Both the position numbers and the translations under genes were made by a program. Source: Longimicrobiales bacterium (GTDB lineage: Bacteria > Gemmatimonadota > Gemmatimonadetes > Longimicrobiales > Gaopeijiaceae). Taken from it: DNA of 64,000 nucleotides. Shown here piece after piece: positions 41,234-51,652 of this stretch. How positions within the stretch are numbered: the first letter of the stretch is position 1; every line of letters begins with the position of its first letter. The notes beneath the pieces are model-generated. The model worked only from the letters and a program-made list of their open reading frames with translations. It had not been told where the DNA came from and searched no databases. Where the stretch lies: the NCBI GenBank assembly GCA_041690395.1, contig JAWLHJ010000004.1, positions 465,365-529,364 of the forward strand, written 5' to 3'.

Positions 41234-42397
41234 TCAGTCGCCGGCCTCGCGCAGCACCTCGCGCGCGATCACCTGTCTGAGGATCTCGTTCGTTCCCTCG
41301 AAGATCTCGTATCCCTTCGCGTCCCGGAGGAGCTTCTCCACCGGGTAGTGCCTCATGTATCCGTAGCCGCCGTAGATCTGGACGGCCTCGTCCGCGGACC
41401 AGGTCGCCGCCTCGGACGCCACGAGCTTCGCGATCGCCGCCCTCGAGGTGACTCCGTCCACGCCGGTGCGTACCGCTCCACCGTCGCCTCGGAAGGCCTC
41501 CATGATCTCGGCTGCCTCGTGGGCCAACGCCCGTCCCGCGGAGACCCTGGCGGCCATCTCGGCGAGCTTCGCCTGGATGGCGCCGAAGCGCGCGATCTCC
41601 CGTCCGAACTGCTCACGCTCGAGCGAGTAGCGCGCGGCGTGCTCCATGGCCGCGCGTCCCACCCCGCTCGCCTGCACCGCCACCCCGATCCGGCCGAGGT
41701 CCAACGCCTCGAGCGCCTGGCGGAGACCCGCGCCCGGCTCGCCGAGCAGCCCGTCGCCGCCCACCCTGGCGCCGTTCAGCTCGATCTTCACCGTATCCGA
41801 GGCCCGGAAGCCCATGGTGGTCTCGCGGGAGCCCACGCTGAGGCCCTTCGCGTCGCCTGGCAGCAGGAACGTGGAGAGCTCCTCGTTCCCGGTCCGGGCG
41901 AAGGTCACCAGGAGCCCGGCCCGGCGCCCGTTCGTGACCCACTTCTTCTGACCGTCGATGCGCCACTCCTCGCCGTCCCACCCCGCGCTGGTACGCATGG
42001 CGGCGGGGTTGCTTCCCGCACCCTCCTCGGAGAGCGCAAAGGCGCCGAGCACCCCGCCCGAGGCGAGCGCCGGCAGCCAACGGCTCTTCTGCTCGTCGGT
42101 GCCGTGCCACTGGATCAGTCCCGCCACCGGGCCGCTGTGGATGGACACGGCGAGCGCCACGGCCGCATCGCCCCACGCGAGCTCTTCGAGAACGAGAAGG
42201 TACGTCGTGAGATCGAAGTCGAGCCCCCCGTGCTCCTCGCCGATGAGCATCCCCAGGAAGCCGAGCTCCGCGAGCTTGCCGAAAACGTCGTCGCCGAGGC
42301 TTCGGCTCTCGTCCCATTCCTGGGTGTGCGGGCGGAGCTCGCCGGCGGCGAACTCGTGGGCGAGGGCCTTGATCTCGAGCTGTTCAGGCGTAGGCAT
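41234..42397 (-). CDS. Acyl-CoA dehydrogenase
   Basis: FALSEEGAGS, GQKKWVTNG, REQFG, GGYGY, IFEGTNEI. Confidence 0.93.
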   Translation of the reverse strand: MPTPEQLEIKALAHEFAAGELRPHTQEWDESRSLGDDVFGKLAELGFLGMLIGEEHGGLDFDLTTYLLVLEELAWGDAAVALAVSIHSGPVAGLIQWHGTDEQKSRWLPALASGGVLGAFALSEEGAGSNPAAMRTSAGWDGEEWRIDGQKKWVTNGRRAGLLVTFARTGNEELSTFLLPGDAKGLSVGSRETTMGFRASDTVKIELNGARVGGDGLLGEPGAGLRQALEALDLGRIGVAVQASGVGRAAMEHAARYSLEREQFGREIARFGAIQAKLAEMAARVSAGRALAHEAAEIMEAFRGDGGAVRTGVDGVTSRAAIAKLVASEAATWSADEAVQIYGGYGYMRHYPVEKLLRDAKGYEIFEGTNEILRQVIAREVLREAGD

Positions 42398-42416
42398 GTG
42401 CGGCGTGCTCTCCGTC

Positions 42417-43274
42417 TTATCGGTCGTAGGAATAGAAGCCGCGCCCCGACTTCCGGCCCAGCCATCCGGCGGCGACGTACTTCCGCAGGAGCGGCGAGGG
42501 GCGGTAGCGGTCGTCACCGAGCTCCCGGTGCAGGACTTCGAGGATGTTCAGGCAGGTGTCGAGCCCGATCAGGTCCGCGAGCTTGAGCGGGCCCATCGGG
42601 TGGTTCATGCCCAGCTTCATGACCGTATCGATGGCCTCGACCTCGGCCACGCCCTCCATGAGCGCGGTGACCGCCTCGTTGATCATCGGCATGAGGACGC
42701 GGTTGGATACGAAGCCCGGGAAGTCGTTCACCTCGACCGGCGTCTTGCCGAGCTCGCGGGACAGGTCGACCGTGACCTTCGTGGTCTCGTCGCTCGTGGC
42801 GAGGCCGCGGATGACCTCCACGAGCTCCATGACCGGCACGGGGTTCATGAAGTGCATGCCGATCACCTTCTCGGGGCGCTTCGTGCGCGCCGCGATCTCG
42901 GTGATCGAGATGGACGACGTGTTGCTGGCGAGGATCGTGTCCGGGCCGGCCGCGTCGTCGAGCGTCTGAAAGATGGAGTACTTGAGCTCGGGCTTCTCCG
43001 GGACGGCTTCGACGACGAGGTCGACACCGCGGGCGCCGGCCGCGAGGTCCTGCTCGGTCTCGATGCGCCCGAGCGTCGCGTCCTTCTCGGCCGCCTCGAG
43101 GATCCCCTTCTTGACCTGACGCTCGAGGTTCTTCGAGATCGTCTCGAGCGCCTGCTCCAATACCTCGACCTGAACGTCGATGAGGCGAACCTGCTTTCCG
43201 TGCTGCGCGGCGACGTGCGCGATGCCGTTACCCATCGTGCCGCCCCCGACGACCGCGATCCGGTCGATGCTCAT
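42417..43274 (-). CDS. hbd: 3-hydroxybutyryl-CoA dehydrogenase
   Basis: GGGTMG, EAVPE, SNTSS, HFMNP, PMGP. Confidence 0.94.
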   Translation of the reverse strand: MSIDRIAVVGGGTMGNGIAHVAAQHGKQVRLIDVQVEVLEQALETISKNLERQVKKGILEAAEKDATLGRIETEQDLAAGARGVDLVVEAVPEKPELKYSIFQTLDDAAGPDTILASNTSSISITEIAARTKRPEKVIGMHFMNPVPVMELVEVIRGLATSDETTKVTVDLSRELGKTPVEVNDFPGFVSNRVLMPMINEAVTALMEGVAEVEAIDTVMKLGMNHPMGPLKLADLIGLDTCLNILEVLHRELGDDRYRPSPLLRKYVAAGWLGRKSGRGFYSYDR

Positions 43275-43275
43275 A

Positions 43276-44187
43276 TCAGCTGTGCTCCTTCACTTGTCGT
43301 TCTCCAGGTCCGATGGCCGCCAGCGGTCTCGCCGCGACCACGGTCTCACTCGCCTTCAGGCGATCCGTCTTCCAGCACCACCATGCGCCACCTCCGAGGG
43401 CGAGCGTGGCGAGCACGCTCCCCTCCGGTCCGAACGACCCGCCACCGAGCCAGGCCGGGCCGGACACGGACGCTTCGTAGAGCGGCGCGTCGAACAGCTC
43501 GAGCCCACTCACCGGCAGGTCGGCGAGGTACGCGCTTCCCCAGTTCCAGCCGAGGTGCGCGCCGGTCGCCCACCAGAGGCTCCCCGTGCGCACCCACACC
43601 ACGCCGAGCCACAGCCCGGCCATTCCAATGTTCACGACCGCGAGGGCCGTGACCCCGGGATTCCCGAGATGGGCCAGCGCGAACGCCACCGAGGTGACCA
43701 ACAACGCGCGCCCCACCCCCCAGGACTCGGCCAGCGCCTGCAGCGGATAACCCCGTAGCAGGGCCTCCTCGGCCGCGGCCGGAATGGTCAGGAAGAGCAG
43801 CGCGCTCCCCGCCGCCCCGAGCCAACCCAACGCGGTGCCCGACTCGGGCGTCCATGTGACGCCCCCGACGAGCGCAAGCCCCGCGACGGCCCCGAGCACC
43901 GTCAGCGTGCCGAGCCCGATCCCGATTCCGAGCTCCCTCGGCGTCGTCCGTCCAAGGTGGAAACCCAGGGCGGCCGGAGCCCGTCCGTCCGACGCGAGGA
44001 GCATCCAACCCGCCACGCAGCTTCCCACGAGGAGCGCGAACGAGCCGGACAGCACGGAAGCAGGGAGTACCAGCCCGACCGCCACGGTCACGCACAGGGC
44101 GACCAGGACGAAGGCGAGCAGGCGCCACCCGAGACGGAGTCTACCCGCCTCCGTGCGGAGCACGTGGCCGGAGACACCGTCCCGCAC
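43276..44187 (-). CDS. CPBP (Abi/CAAX) intramembrane protease
   Basis: EEALLRG, FALAH, HLGWN. Confidence 0.88.
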   Translation of the reverse strand: MRDGVSGHVLRTEAGRLRLGWRLLAFVLVALCVTVAVGLVLPASVLSGSFALLVGSCVAGWMLLASDGRAPAALGFHLGRTTPRELGIGIGLGTLTVLGAVAGLALVGGVTWTPESGTALGWLGAAGSALLFLTIPAAAEEALLRGYPLQALAESWGVGRALLVTSVAFALAHLGNPGVTALAVVNIGMAGLWLGVVWVRTGSLWWATGAHLGWNWGSAYLADLPVSGLELFDAPLYEASVSGPAWLGGGSFGPEGSVLATLALGGGAWWCWKTDRLKASETVVAARPLAAIGPGERQVKEHS

Positions 44188-44213
44188 GGGCCGCGAGGCC
44201 GGCCGTCAGCGGC

Positions 44214-44807
44214 TCAGAGCCGCCCGAAGCTCGTGCCGCGGAGCGACTTCGCCGCGAAGAACGCGACGAGGATCTTCGTCACGTCGCCGGCGAGGAACGG
44301 CACCACGCCGAGCGTGACCGCGGTCTGGACGCTTCCGCCGGAGATCAAGGCCAGCCAGGAGACGCCACCCGCGTAGATCGTCGCGATCCCGAGGGTGAGC
44401 CCGAGCAGCGTGCGCGCGGCCCCGCCGGAGCGTCCGGCCACCAGGCCGACGACCATCGCCGCGGCCGGCATCGCCAGCAGGTAGCCGCCGGTCGGGCCGA
44501 GCAGCCACGGCAGACCCGCCGCGCCGTTCGAGAAGACGGGCGCGCCGGCGGCGCCGATCATGACGTAGGTCGCGATGGCCATCGCGCCGAGCCGGGGTCC
44601 GAGCGCAGCGCCCGCGAGGATCACGAAGAGCGGCTGGAGCGTCATCGGCACGGCCGTCCACGGAAAGCGGACGGCGACCTGCGCGCCGAAGGCGGTCGCG
44701 AGGACGAAGGCGACCAGCGCGACCGCGCGGCGAGCGCGCGGGTCCGAGACGACGTCCTGGACGGCCCAGGTCCTGAGGGTCTGCGTAACGGTGTTCATGA
44801 TGTTCAC
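44214..44807 (-). CDS. bioY: Biotin transporter BioY
   Basis: VPMTLQ, GAPVF, GPTGGYL, PFLAGD..K. Confidence 0.92.
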   Translation of the reverse strand: MNIMNTVTQTLRTWAVQDVVSDPRARRAVALVAFVLATAFGAQVAVRFPWTAVPMTLQPLFVILAGAALGPRLGAMAIATYVMIGAAGAPVFSNGAAGLPWLLGPTGGYLLAMPAAAMVVGLVAGRSGGAARTLLGLTLGIATIYAGGVSWLALISGGSVQTAVTLGVVPFLAGDVTKILVAFFAAKSLRGTSFGRL

Positions 44808-44860
44808 TCCGCTCCTGTGCTCGGAAAGTGCTTGCGTCCGGTAGTGGTCACGTCGGCCAC

Positions 44861-46075
44861 TCAGGCCTTCTCGACCGAGAGGGCGACGGCGTTCCCGCCA
44901 CCGAGGCAGAGCGTCGCGAGCCCCGACTCGGCGTTCTTCTGCTCCATCGCGTTCAGCAATGTGATGAGGATCCGCGTTCCGGACGCCCCGATGGGGTGGC
45001 CGAGGGCGACCGCGCCGCCGTTCACGTTCACCCGCTCCTCGTCCATGCCGAGCGCGCGCATGTCGGCGATCGCCTGAACGGCGAACGCCTCGTTGACCTC
45101 GAACAGACCGTAGTCGCCGATCTTCTTGCCTTCCTTGGCCATGAGCCTGTTCACGGCGTCGACGGGCGCGAAGAAGAGATCCTGCGGCTCGGTGGCGCCG
45201 GAGGCGTAGGCCGAGATCACCGCTTCGTACTCGAGGCCGTGCGCCTGGGCGTACTCCAGCGAGGCGACCACGACCGACGCCGCGCCGTCGTTGAGGCCCG
45301 GCGCGTTGCCCGCCGTGACAACATGCTCCTCGATGTCGTCGGGGGCGTCGCGCACGAAGGCGGGACGCAGCTTGCCGAGCGCCTCGAGTGAGGTATCGGC
45401 GCGTGGACCCTCGTCGGTGTCGACCACGGTGACGCCCCGACGGCCCTTCACCTCGACCGGCACGATCTCGTTCCGGAAGCGGCCACCCTCGATCGCGTCG
45501 ACGGCCTTCTGGTGCGACCGCAGGCTGAACTCGTCGGCATCCTGCCGGGAGACCTCACCCTTCTTGGCCGTGTACTCCGCGTGTCCGCCCATGTGGCAGT
45601 CACCGAACGAGCACCACAGGCCGTCGTGGATGAGGCCGTCCTGAAGCTTCTGGTCGCCGAACTTCACGCCGTTGCGGAGACCCCGGACGTAGAACGGGAC
45701 GTTCGACATGGACTCCATGCCCCCGGCCACGACCAGCTTCGCGTCACCGGCGCGGACGGCCTGGGCCGCCAGCATCACGGCCTTGAGCCCGGATCCGCAG
45801 ACCTTGTTGATCGTCAGGGCCGGGACCGTTGCGGGGATGCCGCCGTGCACCGCGGCCTGTCTGGCCGGTGCCTGACCACCTCCGGCGGTCACGACGTTCC
45901 CCATGATGACCTCGTCGACGTCACCGACGTCGATGCCGGCACGCTCGGCGGCCGCACGGATGGCGATGGCGCCGAGCTCCGTGGCCGCGAGCGGGCTGAG
46001 CCCCCCGAGGAAGCGTCCGATGGGCGTCCGTACGCCCCCCTTCAAGATGACGGCGGTCTTCGATGCGTCGGCCAT
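44861..46075 (-). CDS. Acetyl-CoA C-acetyltransferase (thiolase)
   Basis: RTPIG, NKVCGSG, NEAF, GHPIGASG, CLGGG. Confidence 0.95.
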   Translation of the reverse strand: MADASKTAVILKGGVRTPIGRFLGGLSPLAATELGAIAIRAAAERAGIDVGDVDEVIMGNVVTAGGGQAPARQAAVHGGIPATVPALTINKVCGSGLKAVMLAAQAVRAGDAKLVVAGGMESMSNVPFYVRGLRNGVKFGDQKLQDGLIHDGLWCSFGDCHMGGHAEYTAKKGEVSRQDADEFSLRSHQKAVDAIEGGRFRNEIVPVEVKGRRGVTVVDTDEGPRADTSLEALGKLRPAFVRDAPDDIEEHVVTAGNAPGLNDGAASVVVASLEYAQAHGLEYEAVISAYASGATEPQDLFFAPVDAVNRLMAKEGKKIGDYGLFEVNEAFAVQAIADMRALGMDEERVNVNGGAVALGHPIGASGTRILITLLNAMEQKNAESGLATLCLGGGNAVALSVEKA

Positions 46076-46161
46076 ATCCGTGCAGAAACCCCTGATATCC
46101 GGTTCAACCTGTGCTTTCGAGCCCCGGACGCGGATGGCGCGCATCGCCCCGGAGAGCCACC

Positions 46162-46190
46162 AAGATACCCAAAAAACCGGCTTCGGTCAT
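46162..46190 (-). promoter_or_regulatory. Candidate sigma70 promoter for the thiolase cluster
   Basis: ATGACC-N17-TATCTT, overlapping a weak CCGGC/GCCGG-U6 hairpin. Confidence 0.4.
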
Positions 46191-46211
46191 GACGGCCGGG
46201 CGGCGGGTCGT

Positions 46212-47093
46212 TCAGCCGGTTTCGAGCTTCGGGCGATCGGCGGTCGGATCGAGACGGCCCCACGCGACCTCGGGATCGTGCTCGAAGATGAGGAGCCACT
46301 CCTCCTCGAGCGCACGCGTCCACAGCCCGCGCTTCGACTCCAGCGTGACGAGCGGCTCGAGATCGTATCCCATGATCCACGGAAGCGGTACGTGCGCCGA
46401 GGTGGGACAGACATCCGCCAGGAAGCACGCGGTCGCGCCGTCGCTCTCGATGAGGACGGACTGGTGGTGCGGCGTGTGGCCGGGCGTGGGCAGGACACGG
46501 ACGCCTTCGGTGACCGTCGCCTCTCCCCGCACGAGGTCCCACAGGCCGGCTTCGGAGATCGGAGCGTGGTTCGCCTCCAGGTAGCTGGCGCGGATCCGCT
46601 CGTTCGTGCTCTTCGCGAACGCCAGCTCCTCCTCCTGCACGACGTAACGGGCGCCGGGGAAGGCCGGGACCACCTGTCCCGCCTCGTCGCGCACCGTGTT
46701 GCCCCCGGCATGGTCGAAGTGGAGATGCGTGTCCAGGACGATGTCGATGTCCGACGGATCGAATCCCGCGTGACGGATCGCGTCCTCGAGGCGCGTGGGG
46801 TCGCCCTCGTTCCGCACGCCGTAGATCTCGTGGAACTTCTCGTCCTCCTTGTTTCCGATCCCGGTGTCGACGAGCACCAGCGCGTTGGGCGCCTCCACCA
46901 GCAGGCAGCGGAGCGCGAGCGGAATACGGTTGCGGGCGTCGGCGGGAATGCGCTTCTCCCACAGCGGCTTCGGCACCACGCCGAACATGGCGCCGCCGTC
47001 GAGCCATTGGAGCCCGGCTTCGAGGGCGTGGATCTTGATGGAGCCGACAGTCGTCGTGCGGCTGAGCGGAAGGTCCTGGATCTCTCGGGGCAT
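46212..47093 (-). CDS. MBL-fold metallohydrolase (YtnP-like)
   Basis: LDGGAMFGVVPK, THLHFDHAGG, GHTPHH. Confidence 0.9.
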   Translation of the reverse strand: MPREIQDLPLSRTTTVGSIKIHALEAGLQWLDGGAMFGVVPKPLWEKRIPADARNRIPLALRCLLVEAPNALVLVDTGIGNKEDEKFHEIYGVRNEGDPTRLEDAIRHAGFDPSDIDIVLDTHLHFDHAGGNTVRDEAGQVVPAFPGARYVVQEEELAFAKSTNERIRASYLEANHAPISEAGLWDLVRGEATVTEGVRVLPTPGHTPHHQSVLIESDGATACFLADVCPTSAHVPLPWIMGYDLEPLVTLESKRGLWTRALEEEWLLIFEHDPEVAWGRLDPTADRPKLETG

Positions 47094-47134
47094 GGCGTTT
47101 CGGGTGTGGTGGAGCGGGCGGTGCGGGCGGCGGG

Positions 47135-47986
47135 TCAGAGGCCCAGCTGGAACTGGTTCGGGTCGAGACGGCGCTTCCTTCTGCGAACGTACCCCTCGAG
47201 CGTCTCGAGGTCCTCGATGCCGAGTCCTGCCGCCTCGTCCAGCAGCCGGAGCAGGACGCGGGCGGTGGCCAGCGCGTCGCCGTGGGCGCGGTGACGGGCG
47301 TGGATCGGGACGCCGAAGTGGCGGCACACGACGTCCAGGTTCCGGCGCCGCAGCTCCGGCACCAGCCGCCGCGCGAGCCGGACCGTGCAGAGCCGGGGCA
47401 CGTCCGGCGCGTCGCCGAGCGCGTCGGTCAGCTCGCGGGAGACGAAGCCCCAGTCGAACATCGCGTTGTGGGCCACGAACACCCGACCCCGGAGCCGCTC
47501 CTCGACGGCCTCGGCCACGTGCTCGAAATAGGGCGCGTCGGACACCATGTCGGTCGTGATGCCGGTCAACGCGGTGATCCCCGGCGGCACGCCGCGGCCG
47601 GGGTTCACCAGGGACTCGTACTCCGCGGTGATGCGCCCGCCGGCCACCTCGACGATGCCGATGTCGATGATGCGGTGGCCGCGCCAGGACGCGCCTCCCG
47701 TCGTCTCGACGTCGACGACCGCGAAGCTCAGCTCCGAGAGCGGGCGGCCGAGCGGCACCGCGTCGGGATCGAGCCGCCAGACCCCGTCCTTGTCGACGAG
47801 GAAGCGCCGGTCCGCAGACAGGAGCTGGAACACGGCCGATGCGGCCGCCCCGGGGTTGCCCGTGAGCCCGAGCACGTCACTCGCGAGATCGAGCGTGTGG
47901 GCCGGCCCTCCGGACAGCCGGCGCACCGCGGCCCGCACCAGGGATCCATCCCCGTCGGGTCGGACGGCGCCGGCCGCGGGCGTCAC
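47135..47986 (-). CDS. DEDDh 3'-5' exonuclease (DnaQ-like) with N-terminal extension
   Basis: DVETTG, HNAMFD, HRAHGDA. GTGA overlap with rex. Confidence 0.88.
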   Translation of the reverse strand: MTPAAGAVRPDGDGSLVRAAVRRLSGGPAHTLDLASDVLGLTGNPGAAASAVFQLLSADRRFLVDKDGVWRLDPDAVPLGRPLSELSFAVVDVETTGGASWRGHRIIDIGIVEVAGGRITAEYESLVNPGRGVPPGITALTGITTDMVSDAPYFEHVAEAVEERLRGRVFVAHNAMFDWGFVSRELTDALGDAPDVPRLCTVRLARRLVPELRRRNLDVVCRHFGVPIHARHRAHGDALATARVLLRLLDEAAGLGIEDLETLEGYVRRRKRRLDPNQFQLGL

Positions 47987-48621
47987 TCGTCCACCGCTCC
48001 GGCCTGCGTGATCGCGAAGGAGAGCGCCTCGAGCTCCATGACCAGGCTCACGTCCTCGACCGGTACGTCCTTCGGCACCCGCAGACGGATGGGCGCGAAG
48101 TTCAGGATGCCCTTGACCCCCGCCGAGACCACGCGCTGCGCGAGCTCCTGGGCGACGGGAGCGGGGACCGCGAGGATGGCGAGCTCCGCGCCGGTATCGC
48201 GCACCACCCGCTCCAGCTCGTCCGAGCTCCGGATGGTCACCTCGCCCCACGTCCGGCCGATCTTCTCCGGATCGTTGTCGAAGACGGCGACGACGTCGTA
48301 GCCGCGGACATTGAAGTCCGGGTAGGCGAAGAGGGCCGATCCGATCCGGCCGGCACCCACGAGCGCCACGCGCCACGTCCGGTCGATGCCGAGGATGTGC
48401 CGCAGCCTACTCCGGAGCTCCTCCACCCGGTATCCGAGCCCCCGCTTGCCGAACGACCCGAAATGGGACAGGTCCTTGCGAACCTGGGCCGCGGTGGTCT
48501 GCCCGCGCTCGGCCAATTCCTCGCTGGAGACCGTCTGTCCGCCTTCCCCGCCCAGATCCTCGAGTGAGCGCAGATAATGTGACAGGCGACGAACGGTGCT
48601 TTCGGGGATGCGTCTGGACAC
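47983..48621 (-). CDS. rex: Redox-sensing transcriptional repressor Rex
   Basis: TVRRLSHY, QVRKDLSHFGSFGKRGLGY, GAGRIG, ILNFAP. Confidence 0.96.
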   Translation of the reverse strand: MSRRIPESTVRRLSHYLRSLEDLGGEGGQTVSSEELAERGQTTAAQVRKDLSHFGSFGKRGLGYRVEELRSRLRHILGIDRTWRVALVGAGRIGSALFAYPDFNVRGYDVVAVFDNDPEKIGRTWGEVTIRSSDELERVVRDTGAELAILAVPAPVAQELAQRVVSAGVKGILNFAPIRLRVPKDVPVEDVSLVMELEALSFAITQAGAVDE

Positions 48622-48661
48622 GGGGGCCGGCGACCACAGGGGGGAGCTGCTGGGGAGTTGC

Positions 48662-48707
48662 TTGTGAAAAGATTCACAAAAGTAGGCGGCAGCCGGGAAG
48701 TGAGCAA
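48662..48707 (-). promoter_or_regulatory. Rex operator overlapping the rex promoter
   Basis: TTGTGAA-AAGA-TTCACAA at 48662-48679 matches the Rex consensus. Promoter TTGCTC-N17-TACTTT at 48707-48679. Confidence 0.9.
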
Positions 48708-48764
48708 CGCGGGGCGGCCCGCCCCCCGCGGCCGCACAGCGCAGCGAGCCGTCCTCGTCGGCGC

Positions 48765-49574
48765 TCAGTCCCCCGCGAGCACCGCCGCGAGCCTCACGAA
48801 CGCCTCGGGCGAGACACGCTCGGGGCGGTCCGTGAGCACCACCCCCGCCGCCGCGACGGCCTCGGCGGCCACGTCGTCCGGGACCGAGAGGTCCGGGTGG
48901 TCCCTCAGGATCTTCCCGAGCTGTTTCCGGCGCCACTGGAACGTCGCACGCACGACCGTCCGGAGCCGCTCCTCTTCCACCAGGCTCGTGCGCTCCGGTC
49001 GGAACGGGTCGATGCGGATGATGGCCGAATCGACGCGCGGCACGGGCCGGAACGCCTGGCGCCCCACGCCGAAGAGACGCTCCACCGAGGCCACGCTCCG
49101 GACCCCGACGGACAGCGCGCCGTAGGCCCTGGACCCGACGGGAGCCGTGATCCGGTCGGCCACGTCGTCCTGGACCATGAGCACGATACGCGCGGGCCTC
49201 GGCCGCTCGAGGAGCCGGAAGAGGATCGGGGTGGTGATGTTGTAGGGGATGTTCCCGATCACGAGCAGCGCGTCCGGATCCCGCGACCGGGCGGCGATGT
49301 CCACCTCGAGCACGTCGCCGTGCACGACCTCCACGTCGGCCCGTCCGGCGAACCGTCTCGTGAGCCCGTCGGCCAGGGCGTCGTCGAGCTCGACCAGCAC
49401 GAGCCGTCCTACCCGGCCCTCCAGATGGTCGGTCAGGGCACCCTGACCCGGCCCGATCTCCAGAACCTCGTCGTCCGGACCGGCCTCGAGCGCGGCCACG
49501 ATCTTACGCTGCAGGTTCGGGTCGACGAGGAAGTTCTGACCCAGCGACTTCTTGGCCCGGTGCCGCTCGGTCAT
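48765..49574 (-). CDS. rsmA: 16S rRNA dimethyladenosine transferase RsmA/KsgA
   Basis: KKSLGQNFL, EIGPGQGALT, NIPYNI. Confidence 0.96.
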   Translation of the reverse strand: MTERHRAKKSLGQNFLVDPNLQRKIVAALEAGPDDEVLEIGPGQGALTDHLEGRVGRLVLVELDDALADGLTRRFAGRADVEVVHGDVLEVDIAARSRDPDALLVIGNIPYNITTPILFRLLERPRPARIVLMVQDDVADRITAPVGSRAYGALSVGVRSVASVERLFGVGRQAFRPVPRVDSAIIRIDPFRPERTSLVEEERLRTVVRATFQWRRKQLGKILRDHPDLSVPDDVAAEAVAAAGVVLTDRPERVSPEAFVRLAAVLAGD

Positions 49575-49599
49575 GCGGGCCTCTCCACCCGCGGGGCCA

Positions 49600-51189
49600 T
49601 CAGACGCGTACGACCAGCGCCGTCCGGTCGTCTCCGCGGTTGGGCCCCTGATCGCCCCCCGTGATCCCGAACAGCGCATCGATGACCTCTGTCGCCGAGG
49701 AGAACCGGCTCTGGACGACGGTGTCTAGCACCGTCTGCTCGCCGTTCCCCCGTGTCGTCTCGGACAGCGCGTCCGAAAGCCCGTCCGTGAACAGAAGCAG
49801 GAGGTCCTCGCCGGGCCGCCAGGGCCGCCACTCCTCGTGGTACGCGTCCGGCCCCGCGAATCCGACCGGCGGATCGGTCGCCTCCAGGCGCGCCGTCGAG
49901 CCGTCGGCGCCCACCGAAAAGGCATGGGGATGGCCCGCGTTCGCGTAGACCAGCGTGCCCGTGGCCGGGTCGAGGACGCCGTAGAAGACGGTCAGGAACA
50001 TCTCCGTGGTCTCGAGCTCGTCGCGAAGCGCGTCGTCGAGTCCGCGCAGCACCCGCGCGGGGGAGTCGTGCTCCCTGGCGTAGATCCCTGCGGCGCTCAT
50101 GGCCAGCGTCATGATCAAGGCGGAGGGAAAGCCGTGCAGTGACACGTCGCCGAGCATCACGCCCACGCGCCCCCCCGACAGGTCGAAGAGCTGGTAGAAG
50201 TCGCCGCCGACCTGCTCGGTCGGCACCACTCGGCCGGCGGCTTCGGCCGCCCCGAAGGTGGACGGGTCGGGCAGGAGCTTCATCTGCAGGTCGTGCGCGA
50301 GCTCCATCTCCCGGGCCATCCGCTCGCGAGACAGCGTCTTCCGGACGAGGCGGCTGTTCTCGACAGCCGCGCCGACCTGAGACGCGATCGCGGAGAGCAA
50401 CCTCTGGTTCGCGCCGGTGAAACGGCTGCCGTCCCTGCGCCCGATCATGTTGATGACCCCCACCGTGCGCGATCCGCCGCGTCCGGGGGAATAGCGGATC
50501 GGGACGGACAGGAAGGAGTCGCCGGTCACCCCCGCATCCCGTTCGGAAGGCGTCGCGACCCGGGTCGCGATGATCGAGCGCCCCTCGCGGAACACCATCG
50601 ACGTGATCGTGTCGGGCTCGTCGGGCGATAGGGCGTCGCTACGCCCGTCGTCTCCGACCTCGGCCGCGAGGTGGAGCGTGTCCGTCCCGTAGCGGTAGAC
50701 CCAGATCGATCCGCGCTTGGCGCCCATCACGTCCCGGACCTCGGCGAGCATCTGGTGGGCGGCATCCACGAGGTCGAGGGTCGTGCCGAGCGTCTCGCTG
50801 ATCGAGTACAGGAGGTTGATCTCTTCGAAGCGCTCGGTGAGCTCGTACGTGAACTGGTCCAGCTCGCGGCCGGTTCGGGCCACGTACGTCAGCATGGGCG
50901 CGAGGACCTCCAACAGCTCGTCGGCCGGCGCGGACCCGTCCGTGGCGACCCCGATCTCCCAGGTCTCGCCCTGCTCGCCCGATCCGACGTGCACCTCGCG
51001 GCGGGCGGCCCCGGCGGGCATGCCACCGTCGAGGCCGGGCGAAGCGTGGAGGATCATGAGGGGCTGGTCGAGCTCCGAGCCCCTGCGGGTCACGCGCACG
51101 AGCGCGCCGAACGTGCTCTCGAAGGCCCGGATCGACTCTCGGATGGTGTCCGGAAGGGTCCCTCGGACCCACCGGTCCGTCGAGGTCAC
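49600..51189 (-). CDS. GAF + PP2C (SpoIIE/RsbU-like) phosphatase
   Basis: GAF segment; VGGDFY, GDVSLHG, NAGH, FTDGL, DDRT. Confidence 0.9.
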   Translation of the reverse strand: MTSTDRWVRGTLPDTIRESIRAFESTFGALVRVTRRGSELDQPLMILHASPGLDGGMPAGAARREVHVGSGEQGETWEIGVATDGSAPADELLEVLAPMLTYVARTGRELDQFTYELTERFEEINLLYSISETLGTTLDLVDAAHQMLAEVRDVMGAKRGSIWVYRYGTDTLHLAAEVGDDGRSDALSPDEPDTITSMVFREGRSIIATRVATPSERDAGVTGDSFLSVPIRYSPGRGGSRTVGVINMIGRRDGSRFTGANQRLLSAIASQVGAAVENSRLVRKTLSRERMAREMELAHDLQMKLLPDPSTFGAAEAAGRVVPTEQVGGDFYQLFDLSGGRVGVMLGDVSLHGFPSALIMTLAMSAAGIYAREHDSPARVLRGLDDALRDELETTEMFLTVFYGVLDPATGTLVYANAGHPHAFSVGADGSTARLEATDPPVGFAGPDAYHEEWRPWRPGEDLLLLFTDGLSDALSETTRGNGEQTVLDTVVQSRFSSATEVIDALFGITGGDQGPNRGDDRTALVVRV

Positions 51190-51638
51190 GCCCGAACGCC
51201 ACCCTCGAGGGCGTCGCCCGAGTCGAGCCGCAGGACGAGGGTCACCTGGTTGCCGCGGTCGTTGAACCAGACCTCGTCCAACAGCTTCCGCATGAGGAAG
51301 AGGCCGCGACCGCAGGGCTTCGCGACGTTGTCCGGGGCCGTCGGGTCGGGCACGCGGGCCGGATCGAAGCCGTTGCCCTGATCGGTCACGCGCGCTTCGA
51401 GGCGACCCCGACCGAGGGTGATCTCGACCTTCACGCGCTTGGTCGGGTCATGGCCGTTCCCGTACATCATCGCGTTCGCGAGCGCCTCGGTGAGGCCCAC
51501 GCGGAAGTTGAAGTCCAGGCGACGGGCCTGGGCGCGGCAATCCCGGCACTGGATCATGACGTAGTCCACGGCCCGCTCGATGGTCCGGATATCGGACGGG
51601 AGCTCGAGGACGATGTCGCGATCCATGGGTGTCGGCAT
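51186..51638 (-). CDS. Anti-sigma factor kinase (RsbW-like)
   Basis: EALANAM..GN, DQGNGFD, GRGLFLM. Confidence 0.9.
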   Translation of the reverse strand: MPTPMDRDIVLELPSDIRTIERAVDYVMIQCRDCRAQARRLDFNFRVGLTEALANAMMYGNGHDPTKRVKVEITLGRGRLEARVTDQGNGFDPARVPDPTAPDNVAKPCGRGLFLMRKLLDEVWFNDRGNQVTLVLRLDSGDALEGGVRA

Positions 51639-51652
51639 GGGTGTGTGCTCGA

